Shown here: piece after piece, positions 9,573 through 19,194 of the stretch
How positions within the stretch are numbered: position 1 is the stretch's first letter
How the letters are laid out: every line of letters starts with the position of its first letter
Sequence record: SRR31156797_6890
Length of the DNA stretch: 64,000 nucleotides
Direction: 5' to 3' (one strand)
Made by a program: the position numbers and the translations under genes
The notes under the pieces: model-generated
Seen by the model: only the letters and a program-made list of their open reading frames with translations
The model's database searches: none
What the model was told of the DNA's origin: nothing

Positions 9573-10526
9573 TTAGAAACTTAAACCGGTCAGTTTCGCG
9601 ACACTCACCATTTGACTGCGTAAATTCTCTGCAATGGCGTCTAAACGTTGTTTCTCTTCATCAGTAAAGGGATGAATCAGTATTTTTTCCACACCGTTCT
9701 TACCAACCACTGCAGGTAGGCTCATCACGACATCTTTATAACCGTATTCGCCTCTTAGTAAAACGCCCACGGGTAGCACAGAACGCTCATTGATCATGAT
9801 GGCTTGAATAATACGGAAAACACTGGCAGCAATGCCATGGACGGTATTGTTCTTACGTTTAAAAATTTCAAACCCTGCTTGCTTAACCGACTCTAACAGC
9901 TCGTCGGCATTAATACGTTCAATATGATTGGCGTCGCAGTAGTAATCCGCTGGCTGACCCGCAATACTAATTAAACTCTTTGGAGTAAAGCATTCACTTC
10001 CGTGTTCGCCCAACACATACCCAAATACGTTCTTAGGATCTAGGTTGACACGTTGAGCAACAATCGCCATAAGTCGAGCGGTATCAATTACGCATCCTGC
10101 AGAAATAACGTGCGAAGGATCATACCCTGTATTAGCGACAATACTGTGCGTGACAATGTCACATGGATTGGTCACAACAATTAAAATCGCTTTGGGTGCT
10201 ACGCGCTCAATCTTCTTAGCGATATCCACGCCAATTTTGCTATTGATTTCCGCTAAGTCCATACGAGTCTGGCCCTGCTGAATCTGCGCACCAGCCGTAA
10301 TAACCACGATATCTGCACCGATTAACTCCATGTAATCATCTGTCGGTACGATTCGGGTATTTTTTGAAAACGTTAAAGCCGCGGTATGCCTAAAGTCAAA
10401 AGCTTCACCCTCCGCTCGACTTACATCACGATCCAGGATGGTAAGTTCACTAACACTACCTAGCGTTAATAAGTAGTTACAGATACCTACTCCAACTGCA
10501 CCAGCACCAATAACACCAATTTTCAT
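9573..10526 (-). CDS. L-lactate/malate dehydrogenase superfamily protein, substrate uncertain
   Basis: GAGAVG Rossmann motif, TNPCD, DTARL, GEHG; specificity loop AGAQIQQGQTR is atypical. Confidence 0.85.
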   Translation of the reverse strand: MKIGVIGAGAVGVGICNYLLTLGSVSELTILDRDVSRAEGEAFDFRHTAALTFSKNTRIVPTDDYMELIGADIVVITAGAQIQQGQTRMDLAEINSKIGVDIAKKIERVAPKAILIVVTNPCDIVTHSIVANTGYDPSHVISAGCVIDTARLMAIVAQRVNLDPKNVFGYVLGEHGSECFTPKSLISIAGQPADYYCDANHIERINADELLESVKQAGFEIFKRKNNTVHGIAASVFRIIQAIMINERSVLPVGVLLRGEYGYKDVVMSLPAVVGKNGVEKILIHPFTDEEKQRLDAIAENLRSQMVSVAKLTGLSF

Positions 10527-10847
10527 ATTCGTTCCTTGAAAGACTCAATAACTAAGGATTATAGATATTACTAGAATTAGCAACTTTCATTCCAACTTTA
10601 TTTCACAAACAACCCTTTATTTGGCGAATTAATCTACCACATTGCTCATTTATAGTTCATATGAAAATCTCACCGTTCCAAATTGGTGCATTAACTTGCA
10701 CCAAACACGCTGCGACTTAAATTCGATATGCAACAAATCTTTAATCTTAGTGACATTGTTTTTCCACCGATGTGAAACATTTGTTCGCCACCATAGCATC
10801 AAACGAAACACAAACAGTATCGTTCGAAACTTAATAAGGACAAGTCA

Positions 10848-12140
10848 ATGAACAAGCTATGGTTAGCAGGTGTACTTTCGGCAACAGTTTCAGGAACCAG
10901 TTTTGCGGCGACTGAACTTACGTGGTGGCATGCGATGGGTGGTCAGTTAGGCGAGACAGTGAATAAAATCGCGTCTGACTTCAACGCATCTCAGACAAAA
11001 TACAAAATCACGCCGGTATATAAAGGTTCATATACTGAAACTTTGACAGCTGGTATCGCATCTTTCCGTGCTGGTGAATCGCCAAACATTCTTCAGGTAT
11101 TCGACGCAGGTGCTGCAACCATTATGAATGCTCCGGGTGTCGCTAAACCTGTCCAAGACATTATGGTTGATGCGGGTTACCCATTCTCAGCACAAGAATA
11201 TCTTGCGGGTGTTCGTAATTTTTACGCTGATAATAATGGAAAAATGGTAGGAATGCCATTTAACAGCTCAACGCCAGTTTTGTACTACAACAAGGACATT
11301 CTGGCAAAGGTAGGGGCTGAAGCACCTAAAACTTACGAGCAATTAGAAGCACTGGCTGAAAAGCTAAAATCAAAAGGCTATGTCGCATTTTCTGAATCTC
11401 ACACACCTTGGATTATGTTTGAGAACTTCAAATCTCGCCATAACCTTCCTTTAGCTGATAAAGAAAATGGCTATGAAGCGCTGTCTTCCAAAATCATGTT
11501 CAATACCAAAGATATGGTGATGCACTTCAGCAAACTAAAAGAATGGTCAGACAAAGGTTACTTCAAATATTACGGCAGCGACTGGGATGCAAACCAAACT
11601 CCGTTTGAACGCCAAGAAGTAGCGATGTGGATGGGTTCATCAGGCTCGTTTGGCGGTTTACGTAACCGTGTGAAGTTTGAACTAGGTACAACTTATCTGC
11701 CTTACTGGGAAAAACTGAGCGACAAAGGTGTGCATACATTTATTGGCGGTGCAGCTCTGTTTGCTCTAAGTGGTCACAGCAAAGCACAAGACAAAGGCGT
11801 TGCCGATTTCTTTGCTTACCTAACTAAGCCTGAAGTTCAAATGTACTGGCACAAAACGACTGGCTATGTACCGGTTACAAATGCCGCTTATGAACTGACA
11901 AAACAGTCTGGTTACTACAACGAACAGCCAGACGCTGAAGTGGGCGTTAAACAGCTTAGCTTAGCGTCAGGTGAGTGGAACAAAGGTTATCGCTTGGGCT
12001 TTTACCCACAAATTCGCGAAGTTATGCACCGCGAGTTCGATAACATCTTTGCGGGACGTTCAACCGTTCAAGCAAGCTTAGATAAGGTCGAAAATGAAAG
12101 TGACAAACTTCTCGACCGCTTCTCTCGTACAGTGAAGTAA
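10848..12140 (+). CDS. ugpB: sn-glycerol-3-phosphate ABC transporter substrate-binding protein
   Basis: Signal peptide; WWHAM, YKGSY, PFNSSTP, IGGAAL, TGYVP. Confidence 0.9.
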   Translation: MNKLWLAGVLSATVSGTSFAATELTWWHAMGGQLGETVNKIASDFNASQTKYKITPVYKGSYTETLTAGIASFRAGESPNILQVFDAGAATIMNAPGVAKPVQDIMVDAGYPFSAQEYLAGVRNFYADNNGKMVGMPFNSSTPVLYYNKDILAKVGAEAPKTYEQLEALAEKLKSKGYVAFSESHTPWIMFENFKSRHNLPLADKENGYEALSSKIMFNTKDMVMHFSKLKEWSDKGYFKYYGSDWDANQTPFERQEVAMWMGSSGSFGGLRNRVKFELGTTYLPYWEKLSDKGVHTFIGGAALFALSGHSKAQDKGVADFFAYLTKPEVQMYWHKTTGYVPVTNAAYELTKQSGYYNEQPDAEVGVKQLSLASGEWNKGYRLGFYPQIREVMHREFDNIFAGRSTVQASLDKVENESDKLLDRFSRTVK

Positions 12141-12148
12141 AACGCTCC

Positions 12149-12180
12149 TGCCCGTAGGATCCTATCCGGCGGGCATTTTT
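12149..12180 (+). terminator. Intra-operon hairpin/terminator after ugpB
   Basis: TGCCCG...CGGGCA followed by TTTTT. Confidence 0.65.
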
Positions 12181-12204
12181 CATTTCTATTTTTGGACATC
12201 GCTT

Positions 12205-13086
12205 GTGGAACGTCGTCAACAATTCTTTCACTCACCAATACCCTACTTTTTGCTCGCACCGCAGATCATCATCATCGCAATTTTCTTTGTTTATCCAGCA
12301 GCAAAAGCGATTTATCTATCTTTCATGCTTGAAGATCCCTGGGGTATGTCTTCAACATTTGTATGGTTTGAAAATTATCAGATCTTATTTGAATCTACAG
12401 ATTACCTTGAGTCTTTGGGTTTCACCGTTATTTTCTCGGTGTTAGTTTCATTCCTGTCACTGAGTATTGCCCTTTTACTGGCGGTGAAAACGGATAATGT
12501 TATTCACGGTCAATCGGCCTACAAAGTGACACTAACATGGGTTTATGCTGTTGCACCCGCAATCGCCGGTATCATTGGCAGCTTCTTGTTTAACCCGCAT
12601 ATCGGTGTATTAACCGATTTCTTTGCCCGCTTCGGATGGCAGTTCAGCGTGCAGACAGATCCAATAGATGCCACTTTTGCACTGGTCTTAGTTTCGGTTT
12701 GGAAACAAGTCGCGGTGAACTTCGTCTATTTTCTCGCAGGACTGCAGTCTATCTCTTATGCCGTAAAAGAAGCAGCAACACTTGATTGCGTGAGCGATAG
12801 CAAACGATTCTGGACTATCACTTTCCCGCTTTTAGCACCAACGGGTTTCTTTTTGCTGGTGATTAACCTCACTTATGCCTTCTTCGACACCTTTGGCGTT
12901 ATCGATACATTAACCAATGGCGGACCCGGAGGAACAACAACGTCTCTAGTCTATAAAGTTTACCGTGACGGTTTCGTTGGCGCAGATCTCGGCGGTAGCT
13001 CGGCTCAATCCGTTGTATTGCTATTTTTGGTATTAGCTTTGACGTTTATTCAATTCCGTTTTGTTGAAAAACGTGTTCATTATTAG
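12205..13086 (+). CDS. ugpA: G3P ABC transporter permease
   Basis: EAA loop, DLGGSSAQSV, terminal RVHY; GTG start. Confidence 0.9.
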   Translation: MERRQQFFHSPIPYFLLAPQIIIIAIFFVYPAAKAIYLSFMLEDPWGMSSTFVWFENYQILFESTDYLESLGFTVIFSVLVSFLSLSIALLLAVKTDNVIHGQSAYKVTLTWVYAVAPAIAGIIGSFLFNPHIGVLTDFFARFGWQFSVQTDPIDATFALVLVSVWKQVAVNFVYFLAGLQSISYAVKEAATLDCVSDSKRFWTITFPLLAPTGFFLLVINLTYAFFDTFGVIDTLTNGGPGGTTTSLVYKVYRDGFVGADLGGSSAQSVVLLFLVLALTFIQFRFVEKRVHY

Positions 13087-13095
13087 GGAGATGAT

Positions 13096-13938
13096 ATGAA
13101 AAGTAATCGCTTATCCGACCACGTTATTCTGATACTCGGTGCCCTATTCATGCTGGTACCGCTATGGTTAATCTTTGCAAGTTCAACCCATCAACCCAAT
13201 ACTTTAGTCAGTGAAGGTCTTCAATGGGGCATTGGTGATAACTTCACAGCGGTTTACGATGAAGCTTGGAATAAAAGTCTTGGTTTCACCGGCGACGTTA
13301 CCGCAAGTACCATGATTTTCAATTCCGTCATCATGGGGCTGGGATTTGCTATTGGTAAAATCATCATTTCAATGATGGCTGCTTATGCACTGGTTTACTT
13401 CCGGTTGCCTTACGCCAGTGCTTGGTTTTGGCTCATTTTCGTCACTTTGCTTTTGCCACTAGAAGTTCGAATTATCCCATCTTATGAAGTGGTCTCCGGA
13501 CTAGGAATGCTGAATAGTTACTCCGGCTTGATCCTTCCTTTGATCGCTTCGGCCACCGCCACATTCTTTTTCCGGCAGTTCTTTAAAACCATTCCGGATG
13601 AACTCCTTGAAGCGGCTCAGCTTGATAATGCAGGTCCAATTCGATTCTTTATCGATATCTTGTTCCCACTTTCTAAAACCATGATGACGGCGATTTTCAT
13701 CATTATGTTTGTTGTGGGTTGGAATCAGTACTTGTGGCCAATCATGATGACCACAGATGAGCAGTACAACACCATTGTTATGGGTATCAAACAAATCCTA
13801 AATAACATCAATGAAACAAATAGCCCTCGCTACGACTATGCCTTCGCTATGGTGATTTTAGCCATGCTCCCACCGGTACTTATTGTCGTCATTTTCCAGC
13901 GTTGGTTTGTAAAAGGATTAGTAGAAAGTGAAAAATAA
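13096..13938 (+). CDS. ugpE: G3P ABC transporter permease
   Basis: LPLEVRI, ASATATFFFRQFF, ELLEAA, WNQYLWP. Confidence 0.9.
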   Translation: MKSNRLSDHVILILGALFMLVPLWLIFASSTHQPNTLVSEGLQWGIGDNFTAVYDEAWNKSLGFTGDVTASTMIFNSVIMGLGFAIGKIIISMMAAYALVYFRLPYASAWFWLIFVTLLLPLEVRIIPSYEVVSGLGMLNSYSGLILPLIASATATFFFRQFFKTIPDELLEAAQLDNAGPIRFFIDILFPLSKTMMTAIFIIMFVVGWNQYLWPIMMTTDEQYNTIVMGIKQILNNINETNSPRYDYAFAMVILAMLPPVLIVVIFQRWFVKGLVESEK

Positions 13939-15094
13939 TAACTCGATTCAATTAGTGCATAGTGCTTCTAACGTAGAGCAGGACAAGGTTATGTTAGAGA
14001 TTAAACAGTTAGTAAAAACCTATGAAAACGGACATCAAGCCGTTAAAGGTGTGGACCTGTCTATCGATAAAGGTGAGTTTTTAGTCCTTGTCGGACCATC
14101 TGGATGTGGCAAATCTTCAATTTTGCGTTCTATCGCAGGACTAGAATCTATAACCAGTGGCGAGATTCATCTTGCAGGGCGAAGAGTGGATACTGAGAAG
14201 CCAGCCAAGCGTGATATTGCGATGGTGTTTCAGAACTACGCACTCTACCCTCACATGAGTGTTTACAACAACCTCGCTTATGGGTTGAAAAACCGCGGTG
14301 TAGATAAAACCACGATAGAGCAGAAAATCCAGAAAGTAGCTCGAACACTTAAGATTGAAGAGTATCTGGATCGCAAACCAGCCAAGCTCTCTGGCGGCCA
14401 GCGTCAGCGTGTTGCCATGGGACGTGCAATTGTACGTGATCCGCAACTCTTTTTGTTTGACGAGCCATTATCAAATTTAGATGCGGCTTTACGCGCGCAC
14501 ATGCGTTTAGAAATTAAGAAACTGCAACGCGAACTCGGAGTGACCAGTGTTTACGTCACTCACGACCAAGTAGAAGCGATGACCCTAGCTGACCGTATCG
14601 TGGTCCTAAAACTGGGAGAGATCGAACAAGTAGGAACACCCGCAGAAGTTTACCACAAGCCTGCCAGCACATTTGTCGCGAGCTTTATTGGCAGTCCGGC
14701 GATGAACTTCATTCCCGCATCCTTAGAGCATGGGCAATTGATTGTCGCAGGAAAACAGTTTTATCTGCCGGAATATCAGGGATTGAGTTTACACAACCTC
14801 ACGCTGGGCATTCGACCTGAGCATGTCGAAATAGATAGCTCTGGCACTACTAGTGATAGTATCTCATTAACGCTATCTATCCACGTCATTGAACCGCTTG
14901 GGCCAAATCAACTGGTACATGGTAGCCTTTCTGACATCAGTAATGATGACAGTTTTATTGCGGTAACACCCGAAATGAACCTCAATACTTCCCAACCACT
15001 GTCAATATCAGTGTCTCGAAACAATTTACACCTCTTTGATGAACAAGGTAAACGCCTATGCCCTATTTCATTAGCTAAGCGCGCGATTGCGTAA
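13928..15094 (+). CDS. ugpC: G3P ABC transporter ATPase
   Basis: GPSGCGKS, LSGGQRQR, FLFDEPLSNLD; start position approximate. Confidence 0.9.
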   Translation: MKNNNSIQLVHSASNVEQDKVMLEIKQLVKTYENGHQAVKGVDLSIDKGEFLVLVGPSGCGKSSILRSIAGLESITSGEIHLAGRRVDTEKPAKRDIAMVFQNYALYPHMSVYNNLAYGLKNRGVDKTTIEQKIQKVARTLKIEEYLDRKPAKLSGGQRQRVAMGRAIVRDPQLFLFDEPLSNLDAALRAHMRLEIKKLQRELGVTSVYVTHDQVEAMTLADRIVVLKLGEIEQVGTPAEVYHKPASTFVASFIGSPAMNFIPASLEHGQLIVAGKQFYLPEYQGLSLHNLTLGIRPEHVEIDSSGTTSDSISLTLSIHVIEPLGPNQLVHGSLSDISNDDSFIAVTPEMNLNTSQPLSISVSRNNLHLFDEQGKRLCPISLAKRAIA

Positions 15095-15096
15095 GG

Positions 15097-15861
15097 ATGA
15101 CTGTGAGTTTATCTACCAGACAAAAACAGATACTGGAGTATTTACAACATGCTCATGGTGTACTTTCCAGCGACTTGTTGTCTCAGCAGTTCGACGTATC
15201 GGTACAGACCATCCGTAAAGATATGAATGAACTGAGCGACAAAGGCATGGTGAGACGAGTCCACGGCGGGATATCTTTGCCCAGTGCAAACGACAATCTA
15301 TCATTCACCAATCGTGAATTACTCAATTTGTCTGCAAAACAGAAAATTGCTCAGCGCGTAGTGAAAGAGCTACCAGAAGGAACCAGTATTTTTCTTGGTA
15401 TTGGCACAACCCCCAAACATGTCGCTCACGCGTTATTGGATCATCCTGGACTCACAGTGGTTACCAATAACATCAATGCTGCGCTAACACTAAGTCGAAA
15501 TCCTCACATCAATGTGCATTTAGCGGGTGGCGCGGTGCGGCCATCTGATGAAGATACGGTAGGCGAAACCGCAACTCTGTTTTACCGCCAGTTTAATATC
15601 AAAATCGGTATCTTTGGTGTGGGAGGATTCAACGACAATGGTCAGCTGCTCGATTTTACGCCAGAAGAAGCCAACCTTACTCGTGCAATTATCCAACAAA
15701 GCCAACAATGCTGGTTAGTTGCAGACAAAAGTAAGTTAGGACGCTATGCTCCGGTTGTCAGTGGCGAACTGTATGAAATACAGAGATTATTCGTCGATGA
15801 AGCAACTTTCGAGTTTTCTCGTTTGTGCTCAACTCACCAAGTTGAACTCGTCGTTGCTTAA
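15097..15861 (+). CDS. DeoR/GlpR-family transcriptional regulator
   Basis: VSVQTIRKD HTH, RVHGG, GTT, TNN; inside the ugp operon. Confidence 0.9.
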   Translation: MTVSLSTRQKQILEYLQHAHGVLSSDLLSQQFDVSVQTIRKDMNELSDKGMVRRVHGGISLPSANDNLSFTNRELLNLSAKQKIAQRVVKELPEGTSIFLGIGTTPKHVAHALLDHPGLTVVTNNINAALTLSRNPHINVHLAGGAVRPSDEDTVGETATLFYRQFNIKIGIFGVGGFNDNGQLLDFTPEEANLTRAIIQQSQQCWLVADKSKLGRYAPVVSGELYEIQRLFVDEATFEFSRLCSTHQVELVVA

Positions 15862-15881
15862 ACTTTAATGAAGGAAGAGTT

Positions 15882-16589
15882 ATGTCTCCGATAGTCGTCG
15901 GTCACCGAGGTGTTGCTGGCACCTCTCCAGAAAATACCCGTATTAGCGTGCAAGCTGCTATCGATTTGGGGTTATCTTGGGTAGAAGTGGATGTACAGCC
16001 GACAAAAGATAACATTCTAGTCGTTTGCCATGACCACACCATCAACCGTTGCAGTAATGGTAAAGGTCGCGTCGATGATTTTACGTTAGAGGAACTTCGT
16101 CAGTTTGATTTTGGTTCTTGGTTCTCATCAGAATTTTGTGGTGAACAGATCATGACGCTTGAAGAACTGCTTTTGCTCGCTCAACAGCACCACCTCGGTT
16201 TAAACATCGAAGTAAAAGTGGATAAGCACGATGTCACCAGTGTGGTTTCTCAACTGAAACAGCAGTTAGATAATCACCCCATAGCAAAAGACAACATCCT
16301 TCTTTCAAGCTTCAGTCATGAAATTATTCGTGAGTTGCATCAACATTGCGCCGGTTATCAGCTAGGCGTACTCAGTGAGCGGCTGTCCAATAAAGACAAG
16401 ATATTGCTAAATGAAGTGAACGCATTTAGCTGTAACCTTAACTACAAATGGATTACGGAAAAGCATATCGATTACTTACGTGCTCATCAGTATCAAATTT
16501 GGTGTTACACCGTTAACGAACCACAAAAATTTAGCCACTTAGATCAAGTCGATGCCATTTTTTCCGATTGGCCACAGCGGTTTCTCTAG
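15882..16589 (+). CDS. ugpQ: Glycerophosphodiester phosphodiesterase
   Basis: GHRG, PENT, EVDV, HD, NIEVK, YTVN. Confidence 0.88.
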   Translation: MSPIVVGHRGVAGTSPENTRISVQAAIDLGLSWVEVDVQPTKDNILVVCHDHTINRCSNGKGRVDDFTLEELRQFDFGSWFSSEFCGEQIMTLEELLLLAQQHHLGLNIEVKVDKHDVTSVVSQLKQQLDNHPIAKDNILLSSFSHEIIRELHQHCAGYQLGVLSERLSNKDKILLNEVNAFSCNLNYKWITEKHIDYLRAHQYQIWCYTVNEPQKFSHLDQVDAIFSDWPQRFL

Positions 16590-16601
16590 CGTACAAACAA
16601 C

Positions 16602-16623
16602 AATGCCCGCTATCGCGGGCATT
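16602..16623. terminator. Hairpin between convergent ugpQ and YjgK-family gene
   Basis: AATGCCCGC-TATC-GCGGGCATT. Confidence 0.7.
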
Positions 16624-16640
16624 AAATAATTCACAATCTC

Positions 16641-17111
16641 TTAGGCGAAGATCGCTTTGTCTACTTTAATGACAACTTTACGCACTGGCGCTGGTTTATC
16701 ATCAACAGCAACAAGTGGACGATGCGGTTGCCCTGGGTAGAACACAATAAACTCACCACCAGTTAAACGAGCAAAATGCTCACTTGCAAGTTGTTCACTA
16801 AACGCAAGATCTTTGTCCGCTAGGTAATCTTCATCAAGCCCTTGGTACGGCTCAAGGCTATAACCAAATGACTCGTTACCTTCGAGTAGAATTTGTACAT
16901 CTAAGTAGCGGCTATGGCACTCAGATTTGCGCTGTGCCAACAATTGAGTGTGATCATCCACCAGCATGAAAAATGCGTTTTCACCATCAATTTCATGGCG
17001 ACCATTTTCTAGAGGAGTCTCTAGGCGATCTAAAACAGTAGCAATGATTTTCTTAAGTTCAGGAGCGAGAAAGCTAGCGAATTCTAGCTGTGAAGTTTTA
17101 CCTACAAACAC
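16641..17111 (-). CDS. YhcH/YjgK/YiaL (NanQ/TabA) family protein
   Basis: E-x-H-x-RYLDVQ, G-x-E, FYPGQPHRP, RKVVIK; GTG start at 17111 after AGGGT. Confidence 0.88.
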   Translation of the reverse strand: MFVGKTSQLEFASFLAPELKKIIATVLDRLETPLENGRHEIDGENAFFMLVDDHTQLLAQRKSECHSRYLDVQILLEGNESFGYSLEPYQGLDEDYLADKDLAFSEQLASEHFARLTGGEFIVFYPGQPHRPLVAVDDKPAPVRKVVIKVDKAIFA

Positions 17112-17178
17112 GACATTTACCCTATTGATCGAATAATTGCCGAGAGTGTACATCGAATAGATTGATCAAAACGTGACG

Positions 17179-17197
17179 ATTGAAACGTTGTTTTAAT
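17179..17197. promoter_or_regulatory. KdgR-like operator upstream of the YjgK-family gene
   Basis: ATTGAAACGTTGTTTTAAT, 17/19 match to AATRAAAYRNYRTTTYATT. Confidence 0.6.
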
Positions 17198-17260
17198 AAA
17201 AAATTAAAACAACGATATATCTTAACGAAGGCTGATACAAATCAATTTGTAAACCATTTA

Positions 17261-17297
17261 AAACAAAAGGCACCCTATCCGCAGAAAGAGTGCCTAG
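17261..17297 (-). terminator. Intrinsic terminator after dps
   Basis: Minus strand AGGCACTCT...AGGGTGCCT then TTTGTTTT. Confidence 0.65.
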
Positions 17298-17324
17298 ATC
17301 ATTTACCTGATTACTACTGCGAGT

Positions 17325-17795
17325 TTAGTCCAACCAAGCATTCAACATCCAAATTAGCTTTTCTTGTTCACGAATATAATCACTCATCAATGCTGCAGAG
17401 CCTTCATCGCCAACTTCTGAAGCGAATGCGAGCACTTGTCGCTGCTGACTAATAAGAGAGCTAAATCCTTCAACTAAACCTTTCATAGTACTCACTCCAT
17501 CGGTAGCGTTGGTATGTTCTTTGATTTGTGAAATTTCTAAATACTGACTAAAACTGTGCACCGGCTGGACATCAAGGGTAAGAATACGTTCAGCTAATTC
17601 ATCAATTTTGGTTTGAAGATCGGTGTAAATCTCTTCAAACTTAGCGTGCAATTCGAAAAACTCTTTGCCTTTGATATTCCAATGATAACCACGAGTGTTC
17701 ATGTAAAACACCTGGTAATTTGCCAACAAGTTGTTTAAAGCTTCAGCAAGTTTTAGGCTTTGTTCTTTATCCAGACCGATTAGATTTGTTTTCAT
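17325..17795 (-). CDS. dps: Dps-family DNA protection/ferritin-like protein
   Basis: YHWNIKG-x-x-FFELH-x-x-FEE-x-Y, DELAERI, EKLIWML. Confidence 0.93.
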   Translation of the reverse strand: MKTNLIGLDKEQSLKLAEALNNLLANYQVFYMNTRGYHWNIKGKEFFELHAKFEEIYTDLQTKIDELAERILTLDVQPVHSFSQYLEISQIKEHTNATDGVSTMKGLVEGFSSLISQQRQVLAFASEVGDEGSAALMSDYIREQEKLIWMLNAWLD

Positions 17796-17878
17796 AACAT
17801 CACCTCTTAATTTTTTTGGTTTAAATCGTTCGTCGTTTCGTTAAAGAGAATATTAAGGCGTGTTAGTCATAAACAAAA

Positions 17879-17915
17879 ATCGTATATAACCATTAATTCA
17901 ATAGGGGTAACCTAT
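17879..17915. promoter_or_regulatory. OxyR-type binding site upstream of dps
   Basis: ATCG-N7-CCAT-N7-ATAG-N7-CTAT, 14/16 match to ATAG-N7-CTAT-N7-ATAG-N7-CTAT. Confidence 0.75.
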
Positions 17916-18054
17916 TAAAAACAGTCGTTGCCACCGCAGCACTTTTCGCTAGTGTTAGGTCTATGTCGTTTTTAGCACTTTATTGATTTATCTCAGGGTT
18001 GATAGCAACAAGCAAAGGCAAGGTATGCCCCTTGTTTTCGAAGAGATATGTTTT

Positions 18055-19161
18055 ATGCCTGTAATTAACGAACAACGTCTTGTTGATCACTTTATTCAAT
18101 TAATTAAGATCGACAGCGAATCTGGTGACGAAAAGCAGATTGCGAGCACCCTTTATACTCAATTAATCGAACTTGGCTTTACCGTTGAGAAACTGGCGGT
18201 ACCCGCTGATGTTTCCAATGGTTACAACTTATATGCTCGCTTAGAGGGTTCGTTACCCGGAAGCACAGTGTTTTCAGCCCACATGGACACAGTAACCCCA
18301 GGTCAATCTATTCAACCGATTATTGAAGACGGAATCATTCGTTCATCCGGTAACACCATTTTAGGCGGCGACGACAAGTCAGGTATTTCCGCGGTGATCG
18401 AAGCTGTTAAAACACTTCAAGAACAAAAGCTCGAACACCAAACGATTGAAATCGCATTCACGGTACACGAAGAAGGTGGACTAATGGGCTCGTTGCATTT
18501 TGATATGAGCCATATTCAATCTTCTCATGGCATAGTATTAGATAGTGGTGGCCCTATCGGTACAATTATCACTTCAGCACCAGGTCAGCAGAAACTCAAT
18601 GTAACGATCAAAGGTAAGCCAGCCCATGCTGGTCTCACTCCGGAAGAAGGTATCAGTGCCATTTCGGTAGCAGCAGACGCGATTACTCAAATGAAACTGC
18701 TGCGTATCGATGAGGAAACAACGGCGAACATCGGTATCGTTAATGGTGGCTCTGCTACCAACATTGTTATGCCTGAACTCAATATTATTGCTGAAGCTCG
18801 TTCACTGAATAACGATAAGCTTTCAGCGCAAGTTCAACATATGACTGGTACTTTTGAAACGGTCGCAGAAAAGCACGGAGCGACGGTAGAGATTAATTCT
18901 CAACGGTCATACAACGCGTTTGTGATCGACGAAGATCATCCACACGTGGTAAAGGTTAAACAAGTTTTTGAACAGTTGGACATCGAACCTAAGACCAAAT
19001 CAACAGGTGGTGGCAGCGACGCAAATAACTTTAATGAAAAGGGCCTGACAACGGTAAACCTTTCAACGGGAATGGCAAAAGTACACACCACCGAAGAGTA
19101 TATAGCGATTAGCGACTTAGTTAAGATTACTCAGTTTATTACCCGTTATCTACAAGCGTAA
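18055..19161 (+). CDS. M20-family metallopeptidase (peptidase T-like)
   Basis: AHMDTV, GGDDKSG, HEEGG, GGGSDAN, VHTTEE; ATG 18055 preferred over the longer ORF. Confidence 0.88.
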   Translation: MPVINEQRLVDHFIQLIKIDSESGDEKQIASTLYTQLIELGFTVEKLAVPADVSNGYNLYARLEGSLPGSTVFSAHMDTVTPGQSIQPIIEDGIIRSSGNTILGGDDKSGISAVIEAVKTLQEQKLEHQTIEIAFTVHEEGGLMGSLHFDMSHIQSSHGIVLDSGGPIGTIITSAPGQQKLNVTIKGKPAHAGLTPEEGISAISVAADAITQMKLLRIDEETTANIGIVNGGSATNIVMPELNIIAEARSLNNDKLSAQVQHMTGTFETVAEKHGATVEINSQRSYNAFVIDEDHPHVVKVKQVFEQLDIEPKTKSTGGGSDANNFNEKGLTTVNLSTGMAKVHTTEEYIAISDLVKITQFITRYLQA

Positions 19162-19194
19162 TTTTTCATCGGATTGTTTATTCAAAGCCCAGTT

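Noticed and set aside
10683-10704. Palindrome as an NtrC site
   Set aside because: The half-sites are in the opposite order (TGGTGCA...TGCACCA) to the NtrC consensus, and no convincing sigma54 -24/-12 element was seen.
10642-10851. 69-aa ORF upstream of ugpB
   Set aside because: TTG start, no RBS, covers the promoter region, no recognisable motif.
17180-17452. 90-aa plus-strand ORF
   Set aside because: Antisense to dps and runs across its terminator and an operator; no coding signal.
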